A DNA stretch of 64,000 nt from Paraphysomonas bandaiensis (Eukaryota; Protista; Chrysophyceae). A model generated the notes under the pieces. It was not told the DNA's origin. It searched no databases and worked only from the letters and a program-made list of their open reading frames with translations. Both the position numbers and the translations under genes were made by a program. The stretch lies in assembly GCA_965644295.1 (NCBI GenBank), contig CBFFRP010000376.1, forward strand, positions 124,001-188,000, written 5' to 3'. Numbering within the stretch: position 1 is the first letter of the stretch; every line of letters begins with the position of its first letter. Below, one piece after another: positions 12,783 to 24,860 of the stretch.

Positions 12783-14688
12783 CTAAAATAACGACGCATT
12801 CTCAGGGTTCAGAGTGCAGCGAAGCCACCACGCCTCAGCCAGTAAAAATTCAGCAAAACTGATTGTACCATCTCCATCCACATCTGCAGCCTCAAACATT
12901 TTGAGTAACTTTTTCTGGGCTTCTGCAAGCTGTTGGTAATGCATTCGCCGGTACTCTTCAGCTTGGAAAAAACTGTCATCGGAATTGTTTTCTTGCAACA
13001 GCTCAGTGAACTTAGCGTCGATCAGCTCCTTTCTCTGAGCAGTTCGGTTTCGTACGAGCTCCTCCAGTTCTACCCTTGACACACATCCGTCTCCATTGAC
13101 ATCATAAGCCTCAAATGTGTTTTTGATATTCAATCTCTCCTCTTCCGAGAGCAATTTCATCACCTCCGTCCGGTTGTCCTCACAAAGTACATCATAGCAC
13201 AGGTCGGCTTTCAGGTGCACGGCATTTATGGCCAGACATCCGTTCAGGCGTGCCGACGGATTAAAGTAGATAGGGTCTAGCATATTTTTAGGTAGTCCTT
13301 TGGGAACCAAGGCAACGGGCTCGATCCATAACTCCTGCATATTACCCATCATGCCTATAGCCCGTTTAACTTCGAAAGGGAAAACCGCACAGCATCGTTT
13401 GCGGAGCACCAATGGGTTCGGTACATATAGCGGCTTCATGCGCCCTTCAAAGCTAAGATTAATCCGAATGTGCGATACATTGGGTATATCGTTAGGAACG
13501 TGCACATCCTTGTACTTCTTCATAATGCTTAGGATCTCAGGGTCTGAGGAATACACTTCGAAAGAATCACTGTCCCCTGACACTTCCCCAGTAATTCCCG
13601 AGGTGAAAGAAGGATCCACATTGCATGTAACAAAACCATTGTATAGTGCAGAAGTAGGATCCTTTACCAGCCCCAACAGAGTATCGAGAAGTTCTAAACG
13701 ACGCTCAGAACACTCCGCAGCAACATCGTCCATCTTTTTCTCATCCTGTGCAATTTCTTCAAGTTCGTAATCTGTTAGTCCCAGCGCCTCCTCAGTCACA
13801 TATACATCAAAGTCCACCACTGTCAACCAGTCCATGCCAGGTGCAGGACGAACACAAAGTACGTCCACCATATTGCTATCAATGCCTGTAACACACAGTT
13901 ATAGAATGGGGACACGGTCGGGCATTTACCATACCAAGTGATCTACAGATATCCCCTCTAAACATTTCTTCGAACTGGTTCCGCTGCGTTGATCCAGGTG
14001 GCATTGTATTTATATCTACATCTAAGCGAAGGCAAGGTGATCCTGACGATGCTGTTTGGAAAGGATTCGTAATGTCTTCCAGCTTGTCACCACTTTCGTC
14101 GGATGGTTTGGAGTCGCCTACACCGATCAATGTGAGTCGCTTTTCCGGAGATTCTGAGCTTCTTGGTGCAATCGGCGATCCATGCAAAGTGGAAATATTG
14201 CTGACTGTTTCCTGTATTGTGCGTATACTACGGAGAGTCTGACTCTCAGATGGGTTGGCACCCCACCTGTCCCTCTGTATCTTACCACGCTCCGTAGCTA
14301 TCCCAATTGCATAATTTAATGTATCCATCCATGCCTCCATTTGAGATTCCGAGTCGCATCCCATCATAACATTCATCCCATCGGCACATATGAGCTGAAA
14401 GGCGTTGAGGAGGTTGGACCCTCCGCTCTTAGCAATAGTAGCGCTATCAAGAGAAAAACTCTGTCTCGGACTCTTCTCTTCCGGTGAGTGATAGTAAGAC
14501 AGGGAGTAGTTCTCATGTCCGGATATCTGCAGCCGTAACACGAACCATCTCTTCTGCCACTTCCCTTTACTGAGAGTGCTCCCTCTACCCGCACGCTTAT
14601 TCAGATAGCCGCAACAAGCATCACGCTGATTGTCCCACACGCGCAGCTTTTCTCTCTCTAGTCGAGGAAGGTAAGATAACTGATCCAT
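12783..14688 (-). CDS. PH-domain plus EF-hand protein (2 exons, intron ~13886-13934)
   Basis: PH domain CGYLNKRAG...KWQKRWFVL...QMEAWMDTL. EF-hands DVNGDGCVSRVE and DVDGDGTISFAE. A GT-AG intron joins SLG to IDSNMVD in frame. Confidence 0.85.
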
Positions 14689-15018
14689 GCTTCCCGCAGC
14701 GATATATATATATATATATACGGAAAGTGAGAGAGATGGATATGTGTGTGTGTTGTGTATGTCGAGCTGTGGATGACGGCACTGTATATACATAACGAGC
14801 GATAAGGCGATAAGGTGTCGTAGTTACTCAGAGTAGAAACATGGATATTAGGACAATTATAGTGCAAAAATGGTGTATTTTATCGTATCTGTGAGGATTT
14901 CTCTACTAAAAAGGTGGATTTTCAAGTCGCTCTATGCCACTGTGTGTTGCATCGACTAGAGCCTAGAGACACTATACAGTATGTTGACAGCATCCCGCTG
15001 GTCTTACTTCAAGAGATA

Positions 15019-16297
15019 ATGAGAAGTGACGATGAAGCATCACTGGAAGTGGACGGGTCAACTCTTGAAGGCGGCGGACAGATATATCGCGTGTCGCTGT
15101 GTTTAGCCGGACTGTTACGAGTCAAGTGTCACATTCATAGCATAAGAAGCGGAAGACCGAAGCCTGGACTATCAGCACAGCATGTGACAGGTCATCATCA
15201 TATCTTCTTCTAGTAGTGATCTTATACTATCTATGACAGTCTCAGAGGTCATTCAGTTCATAACAAGGGGTCATATCGAGGGCGCTACTTTAGGCAGCGG
15301 GTCTGTGCGATATGCACCATACGAACGAGGAGCCATTTCATTATCACGAGCTATAAGAAAACATGTTGGAACAGCTGGTGCAATTACTCTCATTGTCCAA
15401 GCCGCGTTGCCGTGCTTGGTGTTTTACGCCCAGAGTAGCGGCAGCATACTCGAAATGACAGGCGGGACAAATGTCGCTTTCGCCCCGCCAGTGGATCACT
15501 TGTCTAATGTCCTTCTGCCAATATTAAGTCGTATGGGAGTTCGTGCTGAAGTTAAATCGTTTCAAAGGGGTTATTATCCCACAGGTGGTGGCAATGTCTG
15601 CATGGATATCCAATCAGTACGCGCCCCACTTCACCCGTTGTTGTGTGATGAAAGAGGACGTATTGTGTCTGTTCATTTAGTTAGTTTTGGACATGGCCCA
15701 GCGGTCACCACGGAAATATCTCAGTGTCTTGAGGACAAGCTCACGAATGTCCTGCGTGATTTTATGCTATCTAGGCCTCAATTTGTAGTCTCTGAATTCG
15801 AGGAGGTCACTGTGCACAGAGACGTAGGAACAGTGGGTGTGGAAGTAACTAATGCACAAAGACAGAATGAAAGGGGATCAAAAAGGAAGAGAGGACGAGC
15901 TCCACGGGATTCATCCCTCGGAGCCCAAGTTTGGTGTATTACAGAAACTGGAGATATACTGAGTGCCAATGCCCTTGAGTCATGTCGCAACCCCGAACAG
16001 TTCCAGGGAATAGTTGACACACTCTGTGAGACCATATTAAGGAGAATAGCCTTGGTTGTGGAAAGTGGGGCGTGTGTGGACGAACATACTGCAGACCAGT
16101 TGCTTGTGTATATGGCTCTTGCACAAGGGCATTCTCGAATTATATGTCCTCCAGTGGACCCCATAGATAGCACGCTACATATTGATACCGCTATTCATGT
16201 GGTTCAAAGCATTACGAAATGCGAATTTGTAGTGCAAAATTTGGAAAGTGGATGTAGATTGATTACATGTGATGGAATAGGATTTCTCCCTGCTTGA
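15019..16297 (+). CDS. RTCA: RNA 3'-terminal phosphate cyclase (intron 15191-15239)
   Basis: Motifs VDGSTLEGGGQIYR, IRSGRPKPGLSAQH, GTAGAITL, GGTNV, RGYYPTGGG, VDEHTADQL and the catalytic His context TLHIDT. Confidence 0.95.
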
Positions 16298-16848
16298 GGT
16301 ACATGTGCAGAAATTGTATTTCTAAGTCAGTTTGTTCGATTTGGTCTCTTTTCTTTTTTTTCTTCTTTATTATTTAGCAAGGAAATGCGGTAATATGTTA
16401 GCTTTGATAAAAAATGCCAACTCAATTAGCAGCCAACAACCTTATCTATAACCTCATCTGCATCCTGTAGGATTATCACATTATCACGTATCCAATAATA
16501 CAAGGGGTGGACCTATGGACTATGGACCTATAACTTATATACCGATATTATATATGCGTGTAAATCTTACAGTCGTATCATGTATCATTGATGAAAAGTC
16601 CTTCCCAGTCCATCATATACACAAAGATATTATACGTATAGATGGAAACACACAAATAAACTCAGTACAATGGTATGAACCAGTGCGTTCGACAAGAAGA
16701 AGACAGTTCATTCTTTGATATAATGCCAACGTAGTGTCCTATGATCAGAAAATCAGCAATCTAAAGGTTGTCATATATTCTTAAAGAAAAATAAGATTTA
16801 CATACTACATTGCACTCCATAAACGTCGCATGCGTTTGAAAACAAGAT

Positions 16849-16908
16849 ATATGATTCAATTTTACATTATATTATTACATATGATTCAATTTTACATTAT
16901 ATTATTAC
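16849..16908. repeat. Perfect 30-bp tandem duplication
   Basis: ATATGATTCAATTTTACATTATATTATTAC occurs twice in a row. Confidence 0.95.
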
Positions 16909-16978
16909 AGTAATAATCATATAATCATTAGCGCTCTATTAACCAACGTGATATCAACTATGAAAAGTGTGATAAAAA

Positions 16979-18304
16979 CTACACAATTCTTGGCTGCAAG
17001 TCCCAAATACTTCTCGGAAATACTCTAAACTGTGGCACAAGAAGACTCACAAGATACATACCAATGCATGCCCATAATGCAGCACCCTGCATCCACATGC
17101 TTTCGCGTCCCATTTGCGGACTATTGGTTCGCTGATCTCCACCTGACTGACCCCAGTCAGTGAGAGTCATGGAAAAATACAAAGGGATGAGGAAAAACAC
17201 AAACCCTGCGTTTACAATTGCTACATGCACTGAGGTGTACTTGGTGCTGCCTGACTCGCACTCAGAGTTTTGACCCTCAATGTTACCGGAAGAAGTACAA
17301 AATGAACACAATTTCCCACATAACCAGCCCAAGCACGAGTTATCGTCATTCGATTTCCCAGTTGATATAGCTAACAGAGATCGTTGTACAGCACCTTCTG
17401 AAAGACCTGCAGATAGTCGCCTTGTCGTAACTACCGCCAGCCATGCCGTGCTGAGTAGTGTCACTAGAATAGCGGTAGACAGAGCAGTAGTGTGAAAATA
17501 GACTCGGGACGAGTGCAGCAGAGGATTGCAGGACTCATCCGGATTCAAAGTAAGGGTAGAATAGCATAAATATGCAGCGTAAAATGACACAATACCAGAG
17601 GTCAGAACAGAACCATTAGAGCCACGTAACTGACAGATTAGAGCTGCAAGCATGAGGAAAAGAGTGGTAGTGATGATTACTCGATTATCAGTGCAATCAC
17701 TCCCACTGAAGTATGTATAAAGTACAGACATCGTAGCGACGAAACAGGCCCCGTAAAAGACGGAAAAAAATAACAGCGCAACTAACCATGGTGAGTTAAT
17801 AGCTGATTCAAGTTCTGTGCCAGCAATAACCCCGCGGATAAGTCTATTCCCTGTTTCTGACCGCGCTACCCAATTCTGATTCCAAGAATAAGCGAAGTCT
17901 AGTAGAAGCAATTGCTGTATCATTAGGTAAATAATTCCTGCGATAGTGGCTATCTTTTCGTATAGATGATATGGAAAATTAGATGGAAATGAAAACGACA
18001 ATACAATTATGCCGCATAGCATCACACCCTTCAGTATGAAGTGAGTGTCAAAGACAGAAGGACAAAAAACAGTGACGATAGTCTGTATGCCGATAGCCCC
18101 GGACACGGCGGATACGAGAAGATATACCATGCCCTTATCATAGAATACACGCATGAGGACAGCAGCCATCCCAGTGAAAAGAAGAACCACAGTGAGTGCT
18201 ATGGTTCCATATCTTCCTGGCACACCATGGGACTCATGCACAGGGTCGATATCGATCTCTATCTGATTCACTGATCGATACGGATCATGTGAGGGTGTTG
18301 TCAT
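16979..18304 (-). CDS. SERINC: Serine incorporator (SERINC/TMS-TDE) family membrane protein, intronless
   Basis: About 10 hydrophobic segments plus IQQLLLLDFAYSWNQNW, GSVLTSGIVSFYAAYLCYSTL..NP..SCNP and YFSMTLTDW. Confidence 0.9.
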   Translation of the reverse strand: MTTPSHDPYRSVNQIEIDIDPVHESHGVPGRYGTIALTVVLLFTGMAAVLMRVFYDKGMVYLLVSAVSGAIGIQTIVTVFCPSVFDTHFILKGVMLCGIIVLSFSFPSNFPYHLYEKIATIAGIIYLMIQQLLLLDFAYSWNQNWVARSETGNRLIRGVIAGTELESAINSPWLVALLFFSVFYGACFVATMSVLYTYFSGSDCTDNRVIITTTLFLMLAALICQLRGSNGSVLTSGIVSFYAAYLCYSTLTLNPDESCNPLLHSSRVYFHTTALSTAILVTLLSTAWLAVVTTRRLSAGLSEGAVQRSLLAISTGKSNDDNSCLGWLCGKLCSFCTSSGNIEGQNSECESGSTKYTSVHVAIVNAGFVFFLIPLYFSMTLTDWGQSGGDQRTNSPQMGRESMWMQGAALWACIGMYLVSLLVPQFRVFPRSIWDLQPRIV

Positions 18305-19299
18305 GTGTAGTGTGTTAGTTGTGACTGATATATGTGTCCTTTAGCGATGTGTTGCGGATACTGCACTGCTCACTGTTCACTTGTGTAGTTGTTGACTTAT
18401 AGAATAGAAGAGAGGCACAGCAGCAGTGCACTGCAGTGTACTCATAGGTCGATATCTGTATGTCTCTCTCGCTCTTGTTTCGTGTGTATGATACGATTGA
18501 TCACTTGTGTTACAGTCAAGTGCTGCTGTAGGAAGGTGTCTATACAGTGCTGTATTGCATAGAGTAGATACCTGCTGCACAGTAGGATAGCAGCAGTTTA
18601 ACATCCTACTGCTGGTATACAGAGCCGTATATTTCGTAGTATAGCTAGAGAAGAGGACACAGCCAGGAGAGCATCAGCACATCATGCATCACTGTGCAGT
18701 CCATCGGCAGGACGTGAATCTGGCTTTGAGTTGCGATGCTAGCTATGAACGACGCCTATGAGTGACCTTCTTGCATTGTGACGGTAAACTTCAGAAGGCA
18801 TCAGTTATACCTTCTTTAATGTGGTTTAATGAGATGATATTCAAATCCGGAATACGAAATGTCTTCTTTGTTGGCTAGCCCTTGGGGAATCCCTAACAAA
18901 GGCTTTGTAATATCCATTTCGTTTTTACGTCTTTGTAGTTGTGCAGGTAGCTATTCTTAACTTCACACACAGCGACGAAATCAGTTGGTTATAAGTTTTT
19001 ATGGTGATCCGTTTTATGTTTTATAGTCATAGAAAATAGCTAGCTTAATTAATTAGCTTCTCTTGTATTTTTCTGTATACATTCATAAAGCATATATACA
19101 CTACTTCCAGTGTACAATTAGTGCTTCTTTCCTATCGCTACAAAGGCTATTATTTATTGGATGAATTTACGATACTAAAGGCGTAGTACGTGCAGTAGTA
19201 TAGCGATTGCGTATTTCAGCAATAATATTGATAATTAGACAGTATTATAGCTTATAAGTTACAGACACCACATACATAATATCATTGTAAATATCAAGA

Positions 19300-20929
19300 C
19301 TAAGAATAATAAAATATCAGCATAGGAGGAAAAAGACTTTCACTTGAATGCCATACTTGGCCATCATTTGCAAGAGAGTCTTGTGTCCAAACAAGATTAA
19401 GCTGTTGCTGATAAAAGTCATACTGGCAATAGTATATTTCAGTAACGTTCACTATTGTCCATCCATACTTAGAAAACGCTGGGGTTGGAGGTACGTGTGA
19501 GCAATTCCAATCTAAGTAGTCTGGACGGCTTAGACTAGAGCAGGAAGCATTATGCTCAGTCCAGTTTCGGAATCCAGCATACACACTAGCATTTCCCTTT
19601 CCAAATCCACTTCCTTTCTGCAACAGCACGACAGCCTCTATATGGGAACTATTAAGTACATCAGTAACATTATCAGAAAAAGAGAACTTCTGCAACATGG
19701 CATATTCTCCCTCTGGGCCAGCATTATTTCCATTCACGCGCAAGAATTGATGTCCACCGAAATCCGTGCCGGTGTTCTCCTTGCAATTGATCATGGTGTC
19801 TTCTGTGACTGTCTGGCCAGATAGTGCAATACCGGATATATTCCTAGTACTATTTACAGCAGTAGTGTACGAGTAAAATTCAAAAGTTCTAAAGTTCTTG
19901 ATTTGTTCACACATAACTTTAAAGTTGTCAGTAAAGTCAACAGATCCCTGGCAATTAGACTGTGGAGTGATGGTCGCAAGCTCAAGTTGGTGCACACATG
20001 GAGGCCAATAAGTCTGGCAGTTAGGGTCATCGCAATCTGCATATCCATTCAAGTTATTATCCCTGCCATCAGCGCAGTTAGTTTCGGCACATTCGGGGTC
20101 AGCAGAATCTATTAACCCGTCACCATCGTTGTCAATACCGTCGTCACATATCTCTGCGGAGAGAATAATATTGAGTCCACCAAGGATAATAGGGTTGCCT
20201 GAACATAGTATATATAGGCATATTAGCAGAGACACTAAATAACTCATCACACGAACCATCAGAAGGATTTGTAGCTAGAATATTCAATCCTCCGTATCCA
20301 ATAGGGCCAGGATATGCCGTGTGATAGCAGCAATGGTCAAGTGATGTGGGTGTCAGTGTTGGCACAATATCAAGCAATGCATCTTCAACGTAGACCGAAG
20401 CAGTGGAAATAGATACTGTTTCCAGCGGAGCAGCAAGAAATTCATACGAACTGCTACATCCTTCGTGTGTGAGAGCAATGAGTGATCCACTGAGAACATT
20501 GACAAAATTAATAACATCACTCGAACGGTTGCTCAACATGTCCAACTGCGAGCAAGTGATACCCCCACCAACGTTCAAAGCATTGCTCGGAAGGTAAACT
20601 ACTTTGTAATTAGAAAAATCTGTATTGGCTATTTCTGATTCCGTAGTAATGATATCAGCTGTGAAATTGGCTCCTGTTTGCCATTCCACAAATGCTGAGA
20701 GAGCATTACCTCCTCCTATACCGATCCCCACAACATCAGTGACGGCTGATGGGACGGTTGACAAACTAATCGCATACTCGAATATTGTAACCATTAATCC
20801 ACCGCAACTGGAGGCGGTTTCGCAGTGGTTAGCATCATCCGAATCGTCACCGGATATAAAGGTAAACCCTGCGCTAACATAGCGCATACACAGTGCCACC
20901 AGAATGGCATATAGACACGCTATATTCAT
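19300..20929 (-). CDS. Secreted protein with two Cys/Asp-rich (MopE-like) repeats and a possible C-terminal DNRLRE-like domain (intron ~20199-20255)
   Basis: Signal-peptide-like N-terminus MNIACLYAILVALCMRYVSA. Repeats EICDDGIDNDGDGLIDSADPEC and NCADGRDNNLNGYADCDDPNC. C-terminus WTE...WTIVNVTE...WHSSESLFPPMLIFYYS. A GT-AG intron joins ORFs 20144-21004 and 19300-20259. Confidence 0.75.
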
Positions 20930-21378
20930 CAGAATACTCTTATGACATCCAACTATTGCTACGGCTCGACAGATAAGGCCGCTGGGATCTGATCGCTCTA
21001 TCATACACAGCAGTCACGATACCGTTCCAGCCCAGTCGGCTGTGTCGGATAGTGTGTACGCATGCCGCATACTATACACACTATACACTGAACCGATCGG
21101 ATCGCACCGGATCTCTTCTGTATATGCGGTATACCGACAGTATACTATTTCAAAACACAGAGCATACAGCACAGCAGTTGTGTAGGGGGGTATGCAGTGG
21201 GTGAGTTGCAGTAGAGTGTGAGATGAAGTCCATGATACGCCACTATGTCATCCCTGATCCCTCCTACGAGGAACTGATGACGCTAAGTGATTAAAGGGAA
21301 ATGATTAACACAACGACCGAGAATGGCCTGACTCATTTCTACCCCTCATTGTCTCCAGATTATTGTATGTAAGGAACC

Positions 21379-22633
21379 ATGGAAGCAGCCACTTTGATAG
21401 TCAACTACCTGCCCCGAGACATGACCGACACAGAGTTTAAGGTATGGGAATACACTGCTAACACAGATCGAACTAAAGATGCATCCAGGAACTCTTTGAG
21501 GTGCACGGAGAAGTTATGCAAGCTCTCATTGCACGCAACAAACACACTGGTGAGAGTCTGACCTACGGCTTTATTAAATACGCTCGTACAGAGGATGCAT
21601 CCTCCGCTGTTATAGAGAAAAATGGATATCAGATTGGAAATAAAAAGCTTAAAGTGAGTATGGCGAGGCGACAAACAGAGGACATTCAGTTTCGTAAGTT
21701 GTTTGTCTCCAAACTACCACCATCGTATACTCAAGACGATGTACGGAATTTATTTCTTAAGGTACGTATGCAACGAATTAAATACTTAGTATCATATGGC
21801 CCTAATTGCAGTTTGGTGAGATAATTGAATGTCGACTGCTAATGGAGTCAGACAAGGCTAGATCAAGAGAATCAGCATTCGTAGAATTCTTTAAAGCATC
21901 CCACTGTGCAGCTGGTAGGTAGTAGTTATATATCATGTACGAAATTTTATTCGTTACAGCACTCCAAATGGATGGAATTGTCCCACCTGGTGGAACAAGA
22001 CCACTGAAAGTTATGAACGCTCGCCCACCTCCCGTAAAGCAATCCGGTGATGAGCCTACTTCCTGTCATCCGAGAAAGGCTCATTCACTTCAGGAAATGG
22101 AAGTTGATATTGGCCGAATATCTCCTCCACAAGCATGGCATTACTCCCGACCTTCAAGGGTCGTAACCGATTTAACGATACCTCAATATTCTGAAGCGTC
22201 CCCGGTGTATATTGGCGAGCTGATGCAGCCTTCACCCACAAATTTGTCGCTTGCTATATCACCCTCAGAGCTGACTACTCCTTCCGCAGCCAACCCCAGT
22301 CCCACCTGCATGACCGCGTCACCTGTTCCATTTTCTGCTGTGGCGTATCCGAACCAGCAAGCAGCAATTTGTGAACATATCTTACAGATTGTAGGGCTTC
22401 CGCCTTTTGCCAATGTGAGAGTGCTGTTTGACCTCTTCGCCCCAGTGGGGTTCGTTGTAAGTGCCGGAATCGACACAGCTGTGGATGGAACTTCAGTTGT
22501 GACCATCGGCACCGGGTGGGTGAGAATGTATGGCGAACCAGACTATGTGCATTCCGTGATTTCTGGAATGCACAACTACTCTGTATTCCCTACATATCCA
22601 CCAATCCAGATTTATGTGAATCGAAATACGTAG
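21379..22633 (+). CDS. ELAV/Sxl-like RNA-binding protein with three RRMs (multi-exon)
   Basis: RRM1 TLIVNYLPRDMT...ESLTYGFIKY...IGNKKLKVSMAR. RRM2 KLFVSKLPPSYT...SAFVEF...RPLKV. A degenerate RRM3 (LQIVGLP...LFDLFAPVG) follows an S/P-rich linker. Confidence 0.85.
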
Positions 22634-23230
22634 ACTTCGGGAGAAATCTGTGTCTTCTGATAAAAGGTGCCATTATTTGTCAAGTGTATCATTTCGTAGC
22701 TTGACATAGAGTTGGCTTGACTGTTGGGGAGTCTCCCAGCGTTGGCAGTAGAGTGAAAAGTTATTATGTTGTTTTTTTCACCATCGAAGTAGATAAATCT
22801 CTGGTTTATCAATTGGTATACCCGAGATATAGCTTCAATAAAGTAGTTTGTGTACATTGTTTTCCCATAGGTCGTTTTATTATGAATTGTAGTGATTAGT
22901 GGTACAGTGCAAATAAATGGCTGCTAAGAAAGAGTTAAGTATATGACACCAAGTGGCACCAATTTTATCCTTGGGCCGTTGATGGCGTTGGTCAGATTTC
23001 ACTAGCTGGGTCTACAAACATCAGCTATTTGCTATATATAGCATTTATAGTTTGAACCTCTGCCTGCCACACTTAAATACAGTACAACACACACCGGAAA
23101 GTTAGACAAAAAGAAAGGAAACGATTTTTTTTGTTGTCATAACCTTCTTATGATCACTTGTCAATCGCCAAATTCATGTTGTCTCAACTATCAATCATTT
23201 CCATACAATCCTGGATGTTACGATCTTATA

Positions 23231-23347
23231 CGTAGTGCTAGAAATAGTAGGATATCAGAGTTAAGCACTGGTGAGCTAAATTGTGTTGCTACATTAGTAG
23301 TTCTGACTCTTACATGGTGCCTATATTGCTAGTAATAAGACATTCAC
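23231..23347 (+). mobile_element. Isolated type C 3' tail
   Basis: CGTAGTGCTAGAAATAGTAGGATATCAGAGTTAAGCACT...TAGTTCTGACTCTTACA...TAATAAGACATTCA matches the reverse complement of 11877-11990 and 52610-52722. Confidence 0.75.
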
Positions 23348-23514
23348 TCACATGGCTCTTATAATACATGGTATGTGGGGCATCATCAATAAAATAATGT
23401 CCACTTTTGTGAACACTGGAGACACTGGAGTCTATAATCGAGTACTTTCTTTCAACAGGTGTCTCAAATGACTCCAATCATCGTGGGTGCGCCCGGCTTG
23501 CGTTAACAACTAAT

Positions 23515-24090
23515 TAGAGATGTTCAACAATAATAATATTGCAACTATTAATCAAGCAAACACTTATTGACATTGCAATTAATTGGCATATTGCCAATTA
23601 ATTTCCTTCAATTCTATTGCTAGATTTTAGAATAATTTTCTGAATTATAATTTTATCCCAAAGATGCCAATTTTAAGGCAGAAACATCAACATTTCAAGG
23701 TGTCTAGTGTCATTTGCTTGCGAAAATCAGTCATAACTATCTTTTCTGCTAAACAACGCTTTCGGTTGCCTTTTATGTAAACGAATGGCCTCGTCTTTCT
23801 CATCATCATCGTTTTATTCATCGAGTTCACCTTTATCAAAAAGTGTCCTACCAGTGCTTTTTCAGCGCGGTTCAATTCTTCTTCCTTTCCACGCTATATT
23901 TTGGCTACTGCTTTCTCAAAATCTGCAATTTGTACAATGTCCGCGTCTGCACCCAGGTGGAATTTCATCCCAGGGTATTAACGAATTAATCATCAAATTG
24001 TACCCAGACATCATCCAGATCAATTGTTCTTCATTTGATTGAAAAAGTTTACAGACAATGTTAATAAACCTCTCTATACAAGTCATTTAC
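23515..24090 (-). pseudogene. Decayed C-terminal part of a hAT-like transposase with probable terminal repeat at 23515
   Basis: The minus strand reads TIDLDDVWVQFD...YPGMKFHLGADADIVQIADFEKAVAKI*RGKEEELNRAEK...KIVMTDFRKQMTLDTL/EMLMFL..NWHLWD, a hAT dimerisation-like ending. The plus strand at 23515 begins TAGAGATG (Ac-like TIR start) followed by ATTGCAA-type subterminal motifs. Confidence 0.7.
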
Positions 24091-24396
24091 ACTACTGTAC
24101 TTGTATATTTCAAAGCAGTTGCAATCACGTTATGCTATGTACAGCGACTATCATTGCGATCATCTCGTGCATAGGTCTATCAGAGTACTCGACCTCAGTG
24201 GCTCTTGTTCTGTTGCGCGGTCTCACTCTCCTCAATCAGATGTTGCCTCTCTTGCACCATCACACTCCCTCTCGACTCCCTGTAGCTGGACACACCGGAT
24301 GACCCTCACATCCCACCCCTGTACAGCTATACACTCTCTTGCATGTGTTCTCTACCGCTGGCTAAGACAGCAAAAGAGCCGATTTCGACGCTTCTT

Positions 24397-24860
24397 CACA
24401 GTAGGCCATAACCTTTTGCAAGACCTTCATCCACATACCTCCGAGCCACTTGGAACAATGCCTAAAGGAAGGCCACCAGATCGCCAATCTCAGAAGGGCA
24501 TATTACTGTTTCCCCTAACTGCCATAAGGCTAATAAGTCAGTCCCCGTGAGGTACATAAGGCTATCTATCATATAGCGAGTGGAGTCTCATCCCAAGAGG
24601 AGACCTCCAGATCACACGCGCCGGTGAGTCCCAGGACACACGATCATGGTGAGCCTCATAACACACACTAAGAACGGAAGTGGTTGCACCTTGGTGCTTG
24701 CGGCGACGCACAAGCAGCTTCTGTAGCGTTAAATAGTAGGATAAAAGAGTTTGTATTGATTAGTTACGGGTAGTAGTCTAACTAGTATGACTAGCATTCT
24801 TCTAGCCACTAATTGGTGCAGGCTTTCAACGCCTATTGCTAAATAATCAGACATTCAATA
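24397..24860 (+). mobile_element. Type A non-LTR (LINE-like) 3' end; may extend upstream to ~24100
   Basis: High identity to the reverse complement of 51253-51724. Encodes PKGRPPD and a second PKRRPPD, then the shared hairpins and TAAATAATCAGACATTCAATA. Confidence 0.75.
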
